This document shows, in pieces, positions 1 to 10,324 of a DNA stretch of 64,000 bases. Below the pieces are notes generated by a model. That model was not told the origin of the DNA and did not search any database. It saw only the letters and a program-made list of their open reading frames with translations. Origin of the DNA: Desulfosoma sp. (lineage in GTDB: Bacteria; Desulfobacterota; Syntrophobacteria; Syntrophobacterales; DSM-9756); NCBI GenBank assembly GCA_037481835.1, contig JBBFKW010000006.1:32001-96000 (forward strand), written 5' to 3'. The stretch's first letter is position 1. Each line of letters opens with the position of its first letter. Both the position numbers and the translations under genes were made by a program.

Positions 1-1
1 G

Positions 2-1786
2 GCCCTCGTCACGGAACACAGCCTGGACAGCCACCTCCTTTACACCTATGCCGTGATCGTCCACGAATTCGAACACAACCAGTGCGGCAGCGAAACCACC
101 ATGGAAACCCCCTTCGACATGTGGCTGAACGAAGCCTACACCGTGGATGTGGAACACCGCTACATGGCCGACCGATTCGACCCCACCTTCGTCCGCCTCC
201 AGCAGGTGGACACCATTCGCAACCCACTCCTGGGCCCCCTGGCCATCGAAGACGGCGGCTCCGCGGGTGCCATCGTGCGCCGCGGCTTTAACGACCCCGA
301 CGAGCTGGTGGATTCGGTCACTTACGTAAAAGGGGCGGAAGTCATTCGGATGCTTCGCCTCATGCTGGGCTCAAAGGCTTTCGACGCCGGGATTCGGCTT
401 TATTTTACGCGCTACAAGAACGGCAACGCGAATACGGACCAGTTCTTCCAATGCTTCGAAGAGGCCGCGGGAGTCTCCCTCGGCGCGTTTAAGAAAAAAT
501 GGCTGGAACGGCCGGGATACCCCAAAGTGACGGCCCGCACCCACTACGATGCCCCGTCGCGGACTTTTACCGTGACGTTGCGCCAGGACGCGGCGGAAGA
601 CGAAGAGCCCTTCCCTATCCCCGTGGAAGCGGCCTTGGTGGACCAAAACGGGCGCGATCTGGAAGGAACCGCCAAAACCCTGGTTCTGAAAAGCCGCGAA
701 CAGACCTTTCAGTTTGCCGATCTGCCCTCTCCTCCCGCCTTCGCCTCCCTGAACCGGGACGCTTCTTTCTACGGCACTTTCACGGAAGAAAGCCTCGACG
801 ACGATACCCTGTGCCTCCAGGCACTCAAGGACCCCAACCGTTTCAACCGCGTCGAGGCATTCCGGAAACTCACCGACCGCCAGCGGATTCTCCAGATCAC
901 GTCGCCGGGGAGCGTTGTTTCCGAAGCCTGGCTTTCCCTTTACGGAAAAATCCTGAACGATTCCGGCCTCTCTTCGGCCTGCAAAGCCTGCATGCTTCGC
1001 ATCGACGAACAGCCTCTGGATCGCCGGTTCGCCGCCTGGTTTCCCGAATTGGTCCGAGCCCGAGACGCCCTCATGGCCGCCGTCAACACCCGATACGCCC
1101 CCGAACTGGCGGCCGCCTTCCACGAACTCCAAAAATCCATGGAATCGCCCGCATCGCTTCAGGAAGGGATCGAAAGACGACTTCTTTCATCGGTCCTCGT
1201 GGATCTCATCGCCGTCGCCGACACGGCGGAAGTCCACGGCATGCTTTTGGACGTTTTTCGAAGGGCCCGGACGGCGACGGAACGGTGCGTGGCTCTTACG
1301 GCCCTGCACCGCAGTTCCTGGCCGGGACGCTTGGCCCTCTTGGAAGAAACCTACGCCCTGTGGCACCGGGACGTGACCGGATACGCCAACTACTTGAAAG
1401 TGATCGCCTCGGGAATCCACCCGGACGTGTGGTCCCTGGTGGAACGAGAAAAGGAACGCCCCGGCTTCGACCTCACCCATCCCACGCTCAGCCGCGCACT
1501 GCTCGTCACCATGGCCCAAAACACACGTCGGGTATGGACCGAGGAAGGCATCGATTGGATCCGCCGGCACGTCATCCAGCTCGCTCCCATCAACGCCGGC
1601 ATCGCCCGGCGGCTGCTCAACACCTTCCAGCACGTGCCGCACCTCAAACCCGAATGGCGCCGCCGCGTCTGCCGGGCTTTGGAAAACATCGTGGAAAGCG
1701 TCTCCGAAAAGACGAGCCCGAGCATCTTCGGACAGGCCGCGGCGTATCTGGAATCCTGCCGCCGCCTTTCGGAGCCCGGTGCATGA
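2..1786 (+). CDS. pepN: M1-family aminopeptidase N, 5'-truncated by window edge
   Basis: HEFEH-x18-E zinc motif (IVHEFEHNQCG...WLNEA) and YVKGAEVIRM motif; frame is open back to position 2. Confidence 0.9.
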   Translation, partial: ALVTEHSLDSHLLYTYAVIVHEFEHNQCGSETTMETPFDMWLNEAYTVDVEHRYMADRFDPTFVRLQQVDTIRNPLLGPLAIEDGGSAGAIVRRGFNDPDELVDSVTYVKGAEVIRMLRLMLGSKAFDAGIRLYFTRYKNGNANTDQFFQCFEEAAGVSLGAFKKKWLERPGYPKVTARTHYDAPSRTFTVTLRQDAAEDEEPFPIPVEAALVDQNGRDLEGTAKTLVLKSREQTFQFADLPSPPAFASLNRDASFYGTFTEESLDDDTLCLQALKDPNRFNRVEAFRKLTDRQRILQITSPGSVVSEAWLSLYGKILNDSGLSSACKACMLRIDEQPLDRRFAAWFPELVRARDALMAAVNTRYAPELAAAFHELQKSMESPASLQEGIERRLLSSVLVDLIAVADTAEVHGMLLDVFRRARTATERCVALTALHRSSWPGRLALLEETYALWHRDVTGYANYLKVIASGIHPDVWSLVEREKERPGFDLTHPTLSRALLVTMAQNTRRVWTEEGIDWIRRHVIQLAPINAGIARRLLNTFQHVPHLKPEWRRRVCRALENIVESVSEKTSPSIFGQAAAYLESCRRLSEPGA

Positions 1787-1792
1787 TCCCCC

Positions 1793-1836
1793 TTGACATA
1801 CGTCCTTTCGATGCTTCTTTTGAGAACTGTTCCTAG
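1793..1836 (+). promoter_or_regulatory. Candidate sigma70 promoter with PerR-type operator
   Basis: TTGACA near 1793 followed by imperfect inverted repeat TGAGAACTGTTCCTA (1821-1835), directly upstream of a Fur-family gene and rbr. Confidence 0.45.
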
Positions 1837-1856
1837 AAAGTTTACGGAGATTCAGC

Positions 1857-2246
1857 GTGGTTCGACTCACCCGACAGAGGAAAGCCATCCTTGAGGTTCT
1901 TCGCCGGGCCCATGAGCACTTGACGGCTGAAGAAGTGTACGCCGCCGCCCGTGGTATGGAGCCTCGAATCAGCCTGGGGACGGTTTACCGAAATTTGGAC
2001 ATCCTCGTCGAAGAGGGTTTGATCCAAAAGATCACCACGGGGTCGGGCCCCATGCGTTTTGACGGCAATCCCGAGAAGCATGCCCATTTGCGCTGCCAAC
2101 GGTGCGGCACCCTGGAAGACCTGCCCATGAAAAAAGCTTTCGATCCCCGCGAATACGTGGACTCCAGCCTGGGTCACGTGGTGCGGGGTGCGGTCCTGGA
2201 ATTTCACGGCCTGTGTCGCCGATGCGCCGCCGAACCCGACGCCTGA
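1857..2246 (+). CDS. perR: Fur-family transcriptional repressor, probably PerR
   Basis: RLTRQR, HLTAEEVY, SLGTVYRNL, HAHLRCQRC and C-terminal CRRC motifs; precedes rubrerythrin. Confidence 0.85.
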   Translation: MVRLTRQRKAILEVLRRAHEHLTAEEVYAAARGMEPRISLGTVYRNLDILVEEGLIQKITTGSGPMRFDGNPEKHAHLRCQRCGTLEDLPMKKAFDPREYVDSSLGHVVRGAVLEFHGLCRRCAAEPDA

Positions 2247-2367
2247 GGTGTAGGCGGTTTGCAGGGCGTGAACGGGCCGAAACGGTCCGCCGGGGATTTT
2301 CCCGGCAGGGTCTTGGTTTGGGGATGAAGACAATGACGTTGAGAAACAGAAGACATGGAGGGACACG

Positions 2368-2943
2368 ATGGGACGTTTGAAAGGCACTCGGACGGAAAAG
2401 AACCTCTTGACGGCGTTCGCCGGAGAATCCCAGGCTCGAAACCGTTACACCTACTTCGCTTCCCAAGCCCGCAAGGAAGGTTACATCCAGATGGCGCTCA
2501 TCTTTGAAGAAACCGCCAATCAGGAAAAGGAACACGCCAAGCGCTTCTTCAGCTTTCTCGAAGGCGGAGAAGTGGAAATCCAGGCGGCCTTCCCGGCGGG
2601 TGTCGTGGGGACCACCTTGGAAAACCTCAAAGCCGCCGCGGCCGGCGAACACTATGAGCACACCGAGATGTACCCGGGCTTTGCCGCCATCGCCAAAGAA
2701 GAGGGCTTTCCCGAAATCGCGGCTCTGTTCATGAACGTTTCCAACGCCGAAAAGCAGCACGAAAAGCGCTACCGGGATCTCGCGGAAAACATCGAAAAAG
2801 GCCGCGTTTTTAAACGGGAAGCCCCGGTCAAATGGCGCTGCATCAATTGCGGCTACATTTACGAAGGGACGGACGCCCCCAAGCAATGCCCGTCCTGCGC
2901 CCATCCCCAAGGGTATTTCGAACTCCTTGGAGAAAACTGGTAA
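2368..2943 (+). CDS. rbr: Rubrerythrin
   Basis: [20 protein letters not shown] diiron motifs, C-terminal CINC...CPSC rubredoxin-like domain. Confidence 0.97.
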   Translation: MGRLKGTRTEKNLLTAFAGESQARNRYTYFASQARKEGYIQMALIFEETANQEKEHAKRFFSFLEGGEVEIQAAFPAGVVGTTLENLKAAAAGEHYEHTEMYPGFAAIAKEEGFPEIAALFMNVSNAEKQHEKRYRDLAENIEKGRVFKREAPVKWRCINCGYIYEGTDAPKQCPSCAHPQGYFELLGENW

Positions 2944-3013
2944 CCCGCCGTTTGGAGCCACGGCGGCTCGGCCGCCGCGGCTCTTGTCTCATCCCAAAGG
3001 AGGTGACCGTTCT

Positions 3014-4210
3014 ATGGCGCCGGTGCCCATCAAGGACAACATTTTCAACGTGGGCGTAGTGGATTGGGACATCCGAGATTTCCACGGATATTCCACCTAC
3101 AAGGGCACGACCTACAACGCCTACTTGGTCGTGGACGAAAAAATCACCCTGTTCGATACCGTCAAAAAACCCTTCAAGAACGATCTTCTTCATAACATCG
3201 GGAAAATCACCGACCCGCAAAAGATCGACTACCTGGTTGTTAACCATGTGGAAATGGACCATTCGGGCTCCGTCCCCGAAATCATCGAAGCGGTGAAGCC
3301 GGAAAAAGTTTTCTGTTCCCCCATGGGCAAGAAAGCCCTGGAGGCCCACTTCGGTTCCCACCAGTGGCCTCTGGAAGTGGTGGAAAACGGCCGGGAAATC
3401 TCCTTGGGGCGGCGCACGGTTCGCTTTATGGAAACCCGCATGCTCCATTGGCCCGACAGCATGTTCAGTTACATCCCGCAAGACAAGCTCCTCATTTCCA
3501 GCGACGCTTTCGGCCAGCACTGGGCGACGAGTGAAACGTTCGACGACGAGGTGGCATTGTCGGAATTGCTGCGCCACGCCGCCAAGTATTACGCCAACAT
3601 CCTGTTGCCCTACTCGCCTTTGGTCCGAAAGCTCCTGGGGGCCGTCGCCGAGATGAAGCTGGAAATCGACATGATCGCCCCCGATCACGGGCTGATTTGG
3701 CGAAGCCGGCCGGATGCGATCCTCAAGGCCTACGAGGATTGGAGTCTTCAGAAAGCCGAGCGCAAGGCCCTGATCATTTACGACACCATGTGGCATTCCA
3801 CGGAAAAGATGGCCCATGCCGTCGCCTCGGGCCTGGCCGACGAAGGCGTCTCCCACAAGCTGCTGAACCTCAAACGCAACCACCGCAGCGACATCCTCAC
3901 CGAAGTGCTGGACAGCAAGGCCCTCATTTTCGGGTCTCCCACCCTGAACAACGGCATGCTCCCTACCATGGCGGACATCCTGTGCTACCTCAAGGGGCTC
4001 AAGCCCACGGGGAAAATCGGCTCCGCCTTCGGCTCTTACGGTTGGAGCGGCGAAGCGGTGAAGGACATCGTTCGGTGGATGGAAGAGATGAAGATCGAAA
4101 TCGTGGAGCCGCCCGTTCGGGTCCAATACGTTCCGAACCAGGATGTCCTGGCCCAGTGCGCGGAACTGGGGCGCAGGGTGGGCCGGGCCGTCAAGGAACG
4201 CGTGGCCTGA
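3014..4210 (+). CDS. fprA: Flavodiiron protein (rubredoxin:oxygen/NO oxidoreductase)
   Basis: HVEMDHSG, HWPDSM, SSDAFGQH and PDHG metallo-beta-lactamase motifs plus flavodoxin domain (GSYGWSGEA); ATG 3014 after AAGGAGG. Confidence 0.95.
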   Translation: MAPVPIKDNIFNVGVVDWDIRDFHGYSTYKGTTYNAYLVVDEKITLFDTVKKPFKNDLLHNIGKITDPQKIDYLVVNHVEMDHSGSVPEIIEAVKPEKVFCSPMGKKALEAHFGSHQWPLEVVENGREISLGRRTVRFMETRMLHWPDSMFSYIPQDKLLISSDAFGQHWATSETFDDEVALSELLRHAAKYYANILLPYSPLVRKLLGAVAEMKLEIDMIAPDHGLIWRSRPDAILKAYEDWSLQKAERKALIIYDTMWHSTEKMAHAVASGLADEGVSHKLLNLKRNHRSDILTEVLDSKALIFGSPTLNNGMLPTMADILCYLKGLKPTGKIGSAFGSYGWSGEAVKDIVRWMEEMKIEIVEPPVRVQYVPNQDVLAQCAELGRRVGRAVKERVA

Positions 4211-4262
4211 GGGTTTGGGCCCGGTGCGGGGACGGTCCCGGCCGGGCGCACAGGAGGACACG

Positions 4263-5579
4263 ATGGATGCTTTGCTTTTGTCACGTTTGCAGTTTGCCGC
4301 CGCCACGTATTTTCATTTCTTATTCGTCCCGCTCACCTTGGGCCTTTCCATCCTCATCGCCCTGATGGAAACGCGCTTTGCGCGTTCAGGCGATGAAGAG
4401 TACCGGAACATGGCCCGGTTTTGGGGCAAGATTTTTCTCATCAACTTCGCCATCGGCGTGGTGACGGGGATCACCCTGGAGTTCCAGTTCGGCACCAACT
4501 GGTCCCGCTATTCCCGATACGTGGGGGATGTCTTCGGGTCCCTTCTCGCCATTGAAGCCACGGCGGCCTTCTTTCTTGAATCGACTTTCATCGCCGTCTG
4601 GGCCCTCACCTGGAATCGCTTGTCGGCCAAAGCCCACGCCGTGACCATCTGGCTCGTGGCCTTCGCCTCAAATCTTTCCGCCGTATGGATCCTCACCGCC
4701 AATGCCTGGATGCAGCATCCCGTGGGCTACACCCTCCGCGGGGGGCGAGCGGAACTTACGGACTTTTTCGCCGTCGTGACCCAGCCTTTCGCCTGGCACA
4801 CCATCGTCCACACCCTGAGCGGCGCCTACATTCTGTCCGGGATGTTCGTCATGGGCGTGAGCGCCTATCATCTGCTGCGGCGGCAGCATGTGAGTTTCTT
4901 CAGCCGGTCGTTCCGCATGGGGACAGTGATGGCCTTGATCTTTTCCGTGGTGGCCGTCGTCCACGGCCACGTGCAGGGATCCGAAGTGGCCAAGGCGCAG
5001 CCCACCAAGCTTGCGGCCATGGAATCCCTTTGGGAGACGAAACAGAAGGCCCCGCAGCACTTGTTGGTCATCCCCGATGAAAAAGGCGAACGGAATCGGC
5101 TGGAACTGGGGGCCATGCCCGGCGTGCTGAGCCTGCTCGCCTACCATGACGTGAACGCCACGGTCCGAGGGCTCAAAGACTTTCCCAAGGAAGACCGTCC
5201 CCCGGTGACCATCACCTTTCTCGCCTTCCGCATCATGATCGGCCTCGGGTTTCTCTTTCCCGTGCTTGCTCTGTGGGCTTTCTGGAAGCGCAACCGCCTT
5301 CTGGAAAGCCCCCGCCTGCTCAAGGTCATGCTTTACGCCATTCCCCTTCCCTATATCGCATCCCAGGCCGGGTGGACCGTGACCGAAGTGGGACGGCAGC
5401 CCTGGGTCGTCTACGGCGTCATGCGGACCGCCGACGCCGTATCGCCCATCGCTCCCTCCCAGGTGGCGGTGTCGCTGACGGCCTTCGTGGTGGTGTATTC
5501 CCTGCTCGGCCTCGCCGCCTTTTATCTCATGGCGCGTCATGCCAAACGGGGCCCGGCGGTCGAAGTCGCCGCATCTTAG
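4263..5579 (+). CDS. cydA: Cytochrome bd quinol oxidase subunit I
   Basis: LSRLQFA..HFLFVPLT, EFQFGTNW, QPTKLAAME, EVGRQPW; ATG 4263 after AGGAGG. Confidence 0.97.
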   Translation: MDALLLSRLQFAAATYFHFLFVPLTLGLSILIALMETRFARSGDEEYRNMARFWGKIFLINFAIGVVTGITLEFQFGTNWSRYSRYVGDVFGSLLAIEATAAFFLESTFIAVWALTWNRLSAKAHAVTIWLVAFASNLSAVWILTANAWMQHPVGYTLRGGRAELTDFFAVVTQPFAWHTIVHTLSGAYILSGMFVMGVSAYHLLRRQHVSFFSRSFRMGTVMALIFSVVAVVHGHVQGSEVAKAQPTKLAAMESLWETKQKAPQHLLVIPDEKGERNRLELGAMPGVLSLLAYHDVNATVRGLKDFPKEDRPPVTITFLAFRIMIGLGFLFPVLALWAFWKRNRLLESPRLLKVMLYAIPLPYIASQAGWTVTEVGRQPWVVYGVMRTADAVSPIAPSQVAVSLTAFVVVYSLLGLAAFYLMARHAKRGPAVEVAAS

Positions 5580-5606
5580 ACAGGGTTCAAGACAGGAGGA
5601 AGGACC

Positions 5607-6683
5607 ATGCTTGCGTCCGTATGGTTTGTGCTTTGGGGCCTGCTATGGGCCGTCTACTTCATGCTGGGCGGCTTCGACCTGGGTCTTGGCATCATGCAAC
5701 CCTTGGTCGCCCGCTCGGAAGAAGATCGCCGCATGATCGGCCAGGCCATGGGACCGTATTGGAACGGTAACGAGGTGTGGCTCATCGCCGCAGGCGGCGT
5801 GACCTTCGCCGCCTTTCCCACCACCTACGCCGTCATGTTCAGCGGCTTGTACAGCGCGCTCATGCTGATCCTTTTCGGGCTCATTCTTCGAGGGATCGCC
5901 TTGGAATTTCGCAACCAGAGCCACAGCGGCGCTTGGAAATCCTTGTGGGACGCCTGCCTTGTGGTGGGAAGCTTTCTTCCCGCTTTCCTTCTGGGCGTGG
6001 CCTTCGCCAACATTTTTCAAGGCCTGCCCATCGACCAAAACGGTGTTTTTCAAGGAACCTTGTGGACCCTCCTGAACCCCTACGGGTTACTGGGCGGGTT
6101 GTTGTTCCTGCTGCTTTTCATGGAGCACGGCACGTTGTGGCTCGCGGTGAAGACCACGGGGCCGCTCCATGAAAGGGCGGGTCAATGGGCCAAAGGCCTC
6201 TGGTGGGCTCTTGCCGCCACGGCCGTGGGTTTTCTCGTGGCCACCTGGTATGCAACGCGCCTGTACGCCAATTACATCCAAAACCCCATGCTCTTTTCCG
6301 TGCCCATCGTGCTCATCCCCGCCGTGACCGTGGCGGCCCTTTTCGGCATTCGGTTGTTCGCCGGAAAGAACCGGTGGGGCCGGGCCTGGATCGCATCGGC
6401 CTTGACCATTGTGGGAGCGACCTTTTTCGGTGTCATCGGCCTGTATCCCAACATGTTGCCGTCGAACCTCAACCCGACCTACAGCCTCACGGTCCATAAC
6501 GCCGCCTCCAGCCCTCTGACGCTGAAGATCATGCTCGTCGTCGCCATCATTTTCGTGCCCCTTGTGATCGCATACCAGAGCTGGGCATACAAACTGTTCC
6601 ACCGCACGGTGAGCGAGGAGGATCTGGCCTACGAAGAAGCCTACGGCCAGGACATCGCCCCGCCTGTGTCGTCCAACGGTTGA
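5607..6683 (+). CDS. cydB: Cytochrome bd quinol oxidase subunit II
   Basis: GFDLGLG and GPYWNGNEVWLI motifs; multi-TM protein; follows cydA. Confidence 0.96.
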   Translation: MLASVWFVLWGLLWAVYFMLGGFDLGLGIMQPLVARSEEDRRMIGQAMGPYWNGNEVWLIAAGGVTFAAFPTTYAVMFSGLYSALMLILFGLILRGIALEFRNQSHSGAWKSLWDACLVVGSFLPAFLLGVAFANIFQGLPIDQNGVFQGTLWTLLNPYGLLGGLLFLLLFMEHGTLWLAVKTTGPLHERAGQWAKGLWWALAATAVGFLVATWYATRLYANYIQNPMLFSVPIVLIPAVTVAALFGIRLFAGKNRWGRAWIASALTIVGATFFGVIGLYPNMLPSNLNPTYSLTVHNAASSPLTLKIMLVVAIIFVPLVIAYQSWAYKLFHRTVSEEDLAYEEAYGQDIAPPVSSNG

Positions 6684-6695
6684 TCCGCCAAAGAA

Positions 6696-6733
6696 CGGGC
6701 CTTCGAGTCGCCCGACTGCGACCCGAAGGCCCG
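6696..6733 (+). terminator. Strong hairpin after cydB (no U tract)
   Basis: CGGGCCTTCG-A-GTCGC...GCGAC-C-CGAAGGCCCG inverted repeat. Confidence 0.4.
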
Positions 6734-6976
6734 CAGGAAGGGCTCCGCGAAAGCCTTTTCCACCCCGCCCGGCCCTTATGGCGGGCCCCCTTGATACCGT
6801 GATCCGCACAATACCATCCCTTGAAGGAATCCTTTCCCGCCGAGGGACGGCGCCGAGGGCGCAGACGGGCGAGTCATAAAGTCCGTCTTTGTGCCCGCAC
6901 CTCCAATGGGCCTTCGACGGCGAGAGCCGGCGCGGGGGCGTCGCGTTTTTCATTTCCGAGCGTGCCATTCTCGTTC

Positions 6977-7006
6977 TTGACAATCCCTTAAAAGTGTCAG
7001 TAAAAG
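6977..7006 (+). promoter_or_regulatory. Candidate sigma70 promoter of the qrc operon
   Basis: TTGACA (6977) and TAAAAG (7001) in an AT-rich intergenic patch. Confidence 0.45.
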
Positions 7007-7126
7007 GACCATGTTTGTGAAAAAATGCGTTTAGCCGCCGGGAAAGGCGTCCCGTGCGGCGGCGTTTTATTCCGACGATACTCGTTTTTTCTTTCCGTTA
7101 ACCCTTGGAAGGCGTGGGGCGGACTC

Positions 7127-7684
7127 ATGGGCGAAGTGAAAAAGAGCGCGTCACAAAGGGGCGTCGGCATCGTTTCTTTCCTTGCCGGATTCATCGGAGC
7201 GCTTCTGGTCGGATGGGTCGTCTTTCCCAACGTGTTGTATTCCACCAAGACCCAGCCGATCACGTTCCTCCATTCCTCCCATCAGGACAGCAACTGCGAA
7301 GACTGCCACTTTTTCCGTGAGGACGGCTCCTACAGCGGCCTTCCCAAAGTGGAAAAGTGCGCGGAATGCCATGCCGAACCCATGGGAGACAGCCCCGAGG
7401 AAAAGAAGCTCGTCGAGGAATACATCCAGCAGGAACGGGAAATTCCATGGCTGGTTTACGCGTGGCAGCCGGACAACGTCTATTTTTCCCACGCGGCCCA
7501 CACGCAGCAGCAGGGGATCGAATGCGTCCGGTGCCACCGTGACGTGACCAAGGAAACCAAGAACCCGCCTTTTAAGGAAAACCGCCTGACGGGCTACAGC
7601 GAAAAGACCATGAAGATGGTGGAATGCGAAAAATGTCATGCGGAACGCGGGGCCAGCAATGCCTGTCACCTGTGCCACAAGTAG
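7127..7684 (+). CDS. qrcA: Membrane-anchored pentaheme cytochrome c, quinone reductase complex subunit A
   Basis: N-terminal TM helix; five CxxCH (CEDCH, CAECH, CVRCH, CEKCH, CHLCH); QPDNVYFSH; gene context. Confidence 0.88.
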   Translation: MGEVKKSASQRGVGIVSFLAGFIGALLVGWVVFPNVLYSTKTQPITFLHSSHQDSNCEDCHFFREDGSYSGLPKVEKCAECHAEPMGDSPEEKKLVEEYIQQEREIPWLVYAWQPDNVYFSHAAHTQQQGIECVRCHRDVTKETKNPPFKENRLTGYSEKTMKMVECEKCHAERGASNACHLCHK

Positions 7685-7845
7685 TCAAGGCGCCACCGCG
7701 GGCTGGGTGGAAGGCGGAGGGAACCCCCGCCCTAAACCCCACGCTCGGTCCGTTGCCGGAGACGGGCGCGGTGCAAGAGGGCTCGTCGCAAAGGTTTGAT
7801 GGAGGCCCATGAGGTCCCTAACCGAATGAACGCGAGGGATTTGGA

Positions 7846-10251
7846 ATGAGTCTTGGGCGAAGAGCATTTCTACAGTTTGTGGGCGGAGCCATCGGCGGGA
7901 CGTTGCTCACCCCCATCCCCTGGAAGCTGGCGGACGATTCCGCCATTTGGACCCAAAACTGGTCCTGGCGCCCGTCGCCGCAACGGGGGGAAATCACGCG
8001 GGTGCGCAGCGTGTGCCAGCTGTGCCCGGGAGGATGCGGGATCACGGCGCGATTGGTGAACGGCCGTCGGGCCGTGGCCGTCACGGGAAACGAAGCCCAC
8101 GCCGTGAGCGGCGGAGGCCTGTGCCCCGTGGGGGCTTCCAGCCTGCAGTATCTGTATGCGCCCTACCGCATCCAGCAACCCTTGAAACAAACGGGATCCA
8201 GGGGCGACCTCAAGGGTTTCAAGCCCGTCTCTTGGGCTGAGGCCCTCAAGGAGGTGACGGCCAAGCTGACCCAGTTGCGTTCGGGCGGAAAACCCCACAC
8301 CGTCGCCTGCCTTACGGGCCAGAAACGCTCCACCGTGACCCGGCTGTGGAAGCACTTCCTCACGGCTTACGGATCACCCAATTTCTACACCATGCCCGAT
8401 GCCGCCGACAGTGTGCGCCTCGCCGTGGCGCTCACCACTGGCATGGATGCCGAACCGGGCTTCCAGTGGGACAAGGCCTCCTATGTGCTGAATTTCGGGG
8501 CTCCCCTGTTGGAAGGCTGGGGCAGCCCGGTTTATCTCCAGCAGGTGTTCGCTCGGTGGCAAACGGAAAAGCCCGGAGTTCCCCGCACCGGATTGGTTCA
8601 CGTGGAATCCCGAGCGTCCCTGACGGCATCCAAGGCCCATCGCTGGATCGCGTGCAATCCGGGAACGGAAGCCGCTTTGGCCCTGGGCATCGCCCATGTG
8701 TTGGTGCGCGACAAGCTCTATGATGCCGCCTTCGTGGCGGAGAAGGTTTTCGGGTTCGAGGACTGGATTGATCCCACGGGCGCCCAGCGAAAGGGTTTCA
8801 AGAACGTCGTGCTTGCCAAATACGGTCTGGAGGACGTCTCCAAGACCACGGGAGTCGCCCCTCAGGTCATCCAAGATCTGGCGCGGGAGTTGGCCAAGCA
8901 AAAGCACGCCCTTGTGGTCTGGGGCCAGGACAAAGCGGACAAACCCAACAACCTCTACCACGACCTGGCTTTCCTTGGCCTGAACGCCCTTCTGGGGGCT
9001 CTTTCCCCGTCCGGGACCGTGGCCCTGGTCCCGCACGATCCATGGCCCGATTTCCCGGAACCGGTCCTGGATACGGACGCCTACCGCGGCGCGGGCCAGA
9101 CGGCTCTGGGACGCCCGTCGGCGGTGCCCCGGACCAAAGCGCCGGTCAACAGCGTCATGCCGTTCCTGGAAGCCTTGGCTTCGGGATCCGAATATCCCGT
9201 GGAACTCCTCTTCGTCCATGAGGCGAATCCCGTCTACAGCCTTCCCGAGGCGGCTCTCGCCGCGCAGGCTCTTCAGAAAGCGGGCATGGTGGTTTCCTTT
9301 TCGTCCTACATGGACGAAACCACCCAATGGGCGGACCTTGTGCTTCCGAACCACACGGCCTTGGAACGGCTGGACGACGTGGTCGGCCTTCCAGGGGCCC
9401 CTTACGCCTATTACGCGGTCTCGTCCCCCATCCTCAAGCCCCTCTACGACACAAAGAACACGGGCGACGTCCTGCTGGGCCTGGCCGCCTCCGTCGGAGG
9501 CGGGGTGGCCGAAAGCCTCCCGTGGAAAACCTACGAAGACGTCCTCAAGCTCAGGGTCGAGGCCATCGCCAAAGCCGGTTCGGGACTCGTTCCGTCGGCC
9601 GATTCCTTCGATCCCGCCTCCGTTCGGCCCGGAAACATCTTGAAACCCAATTTCAAAGACGCCGCCGATCTGTGGAACAAGCTGAAAGGCGGCGCCTGCT
9701 GGGTGGACGCCCCGGCGGCGGTCACCTTTGCGACCCCGTCGGAACGGTATGAACTGGCCTGCCAGGGCCTCTTGGCGAGCGTCTCTGCCACGGCCGCCGA
9801 CGATTTGTTCATGCCGCGCTTCCATCCTTTGAAGCCGTCGGGCGAGGAATCCGAATACCCCCTGCTGCTCATAACCTACTCTTCCCTGATGCTTTCGGAA
9901 GGCTACGTCCCCAACACGCCTTTCATGAACAAACTCCTCCCGGACGATCTGTTGAAAAAGCAGGACGTCTTTGTGGACATACACCCGCAAACGGCCCGCT
10001 CGGTGGGCCTCACCGACAAGGCCGCCGCCGTACTCAAGACCCCTCGCGGGGAAGCCCGGGTCCGCGTCCGGGTCACTGCGGCCGTCAAGCCCGGCGTGGT
10101 GGCGGTACCGCAGGGGTTCGGCCACACGGCCTACGACGAATACGTGCAACAGAAGGGATTCAATGCCAACAGCCTCATCGAGGTGCAGTTGGACCCCGTC
10201 ACGGGGCTGGGAACGGTCTGGGCCACTCGGGCCCAGCTGCGACGGGCGTAA
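7846..10251 (+). CDS. qrcB: Molybdopterin-oxidoreductase-like Tat-exported subunit QrcB
   Basis: Twin-arginine signal GRRAFLQF, PIPWKLADDSAIWTQNW, CQLCPGGC..C; lies between cytochrome c and FeS subunit genes. Confidence 0.88.
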   Translation: MSLGRRAFLQFVGGAIGGTLLTPIPWKLADDSAIWTQNWSWRPSPQRGEITRVRSVCQLCPGGCGITARLVNGRRAVAVTGNEAHAVSGGGLCPVGASSLQYLYAPYRIQQPLKQTGSRGDLKGFKPVSWAEALKEVTAKLTQLRSGGKPHTVACLTGQKRSTVTRLWKHFLTAYGSPNFYTMPDAADSVRLAVALTTGMDAEPGFQWDKASYVLNFGAPLLEGWGSPVYLQQVFARWQTEKPGVPRTGLVHVESRASLTASKAHRWIACNPGTEAALALGIAHVLVRDKLYDAAFVAEKVFGFEDWIDPTGAQRKGFKNVVLAKYGLEDVSKTTGVAPQVIQDLARELAKQKHALVVWGQDKADKPNNLYHDLAFLGLNALLGALSPSGTVALVPHDPWPDFPEPVLDTDAYRGAGQTALGRPSAVPRTKAPVNSVMPFLEALASGSEYPVELLFVHEANPVYSLPEAALAAQALQKAGMVVSFSSYMDETTQWADLVLPNHTALERLDDVVGLPGAPYAYYAVSSPILKPLYDTKNTGDVLLGLAASVGGGVAESLPWKTYEDVLKLRVEAIAKAGSGLVPSADSFDPASVRPGNILKPNFKDAADLWNKLKGGACWVDAPAAVTFATPSERYELACQGLLASVSATAADDLFMPRFHPLKPSGEESEYPLLLITYSSLMLSEGYVPNTPFMNKLLPDDLLKKQDVFVDIHPQTARSVGLTDKAAAVLKTPRGEARVRVRVTAAVKPGVVAVPQGFGHTAYDEYVQQKGFNANSLIEVQLDPVTGLGTVWATRAQLRRA

Positions 10252-10324
10252 TGAAGGCCCATGCATCGGCCGCCCAGGGACATGCGGCGGCTTGAGGTCG
10301 TCAGCCTAACAGAGGATGTCACCC

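Noticed and set aside
7015..7032. Possible Rex operator upstream of qrcA (TTGTGAAAAAATGCGTTT)
   Set aside because: Only the left half-site matches TTGTGAA-n4-TTCACAA
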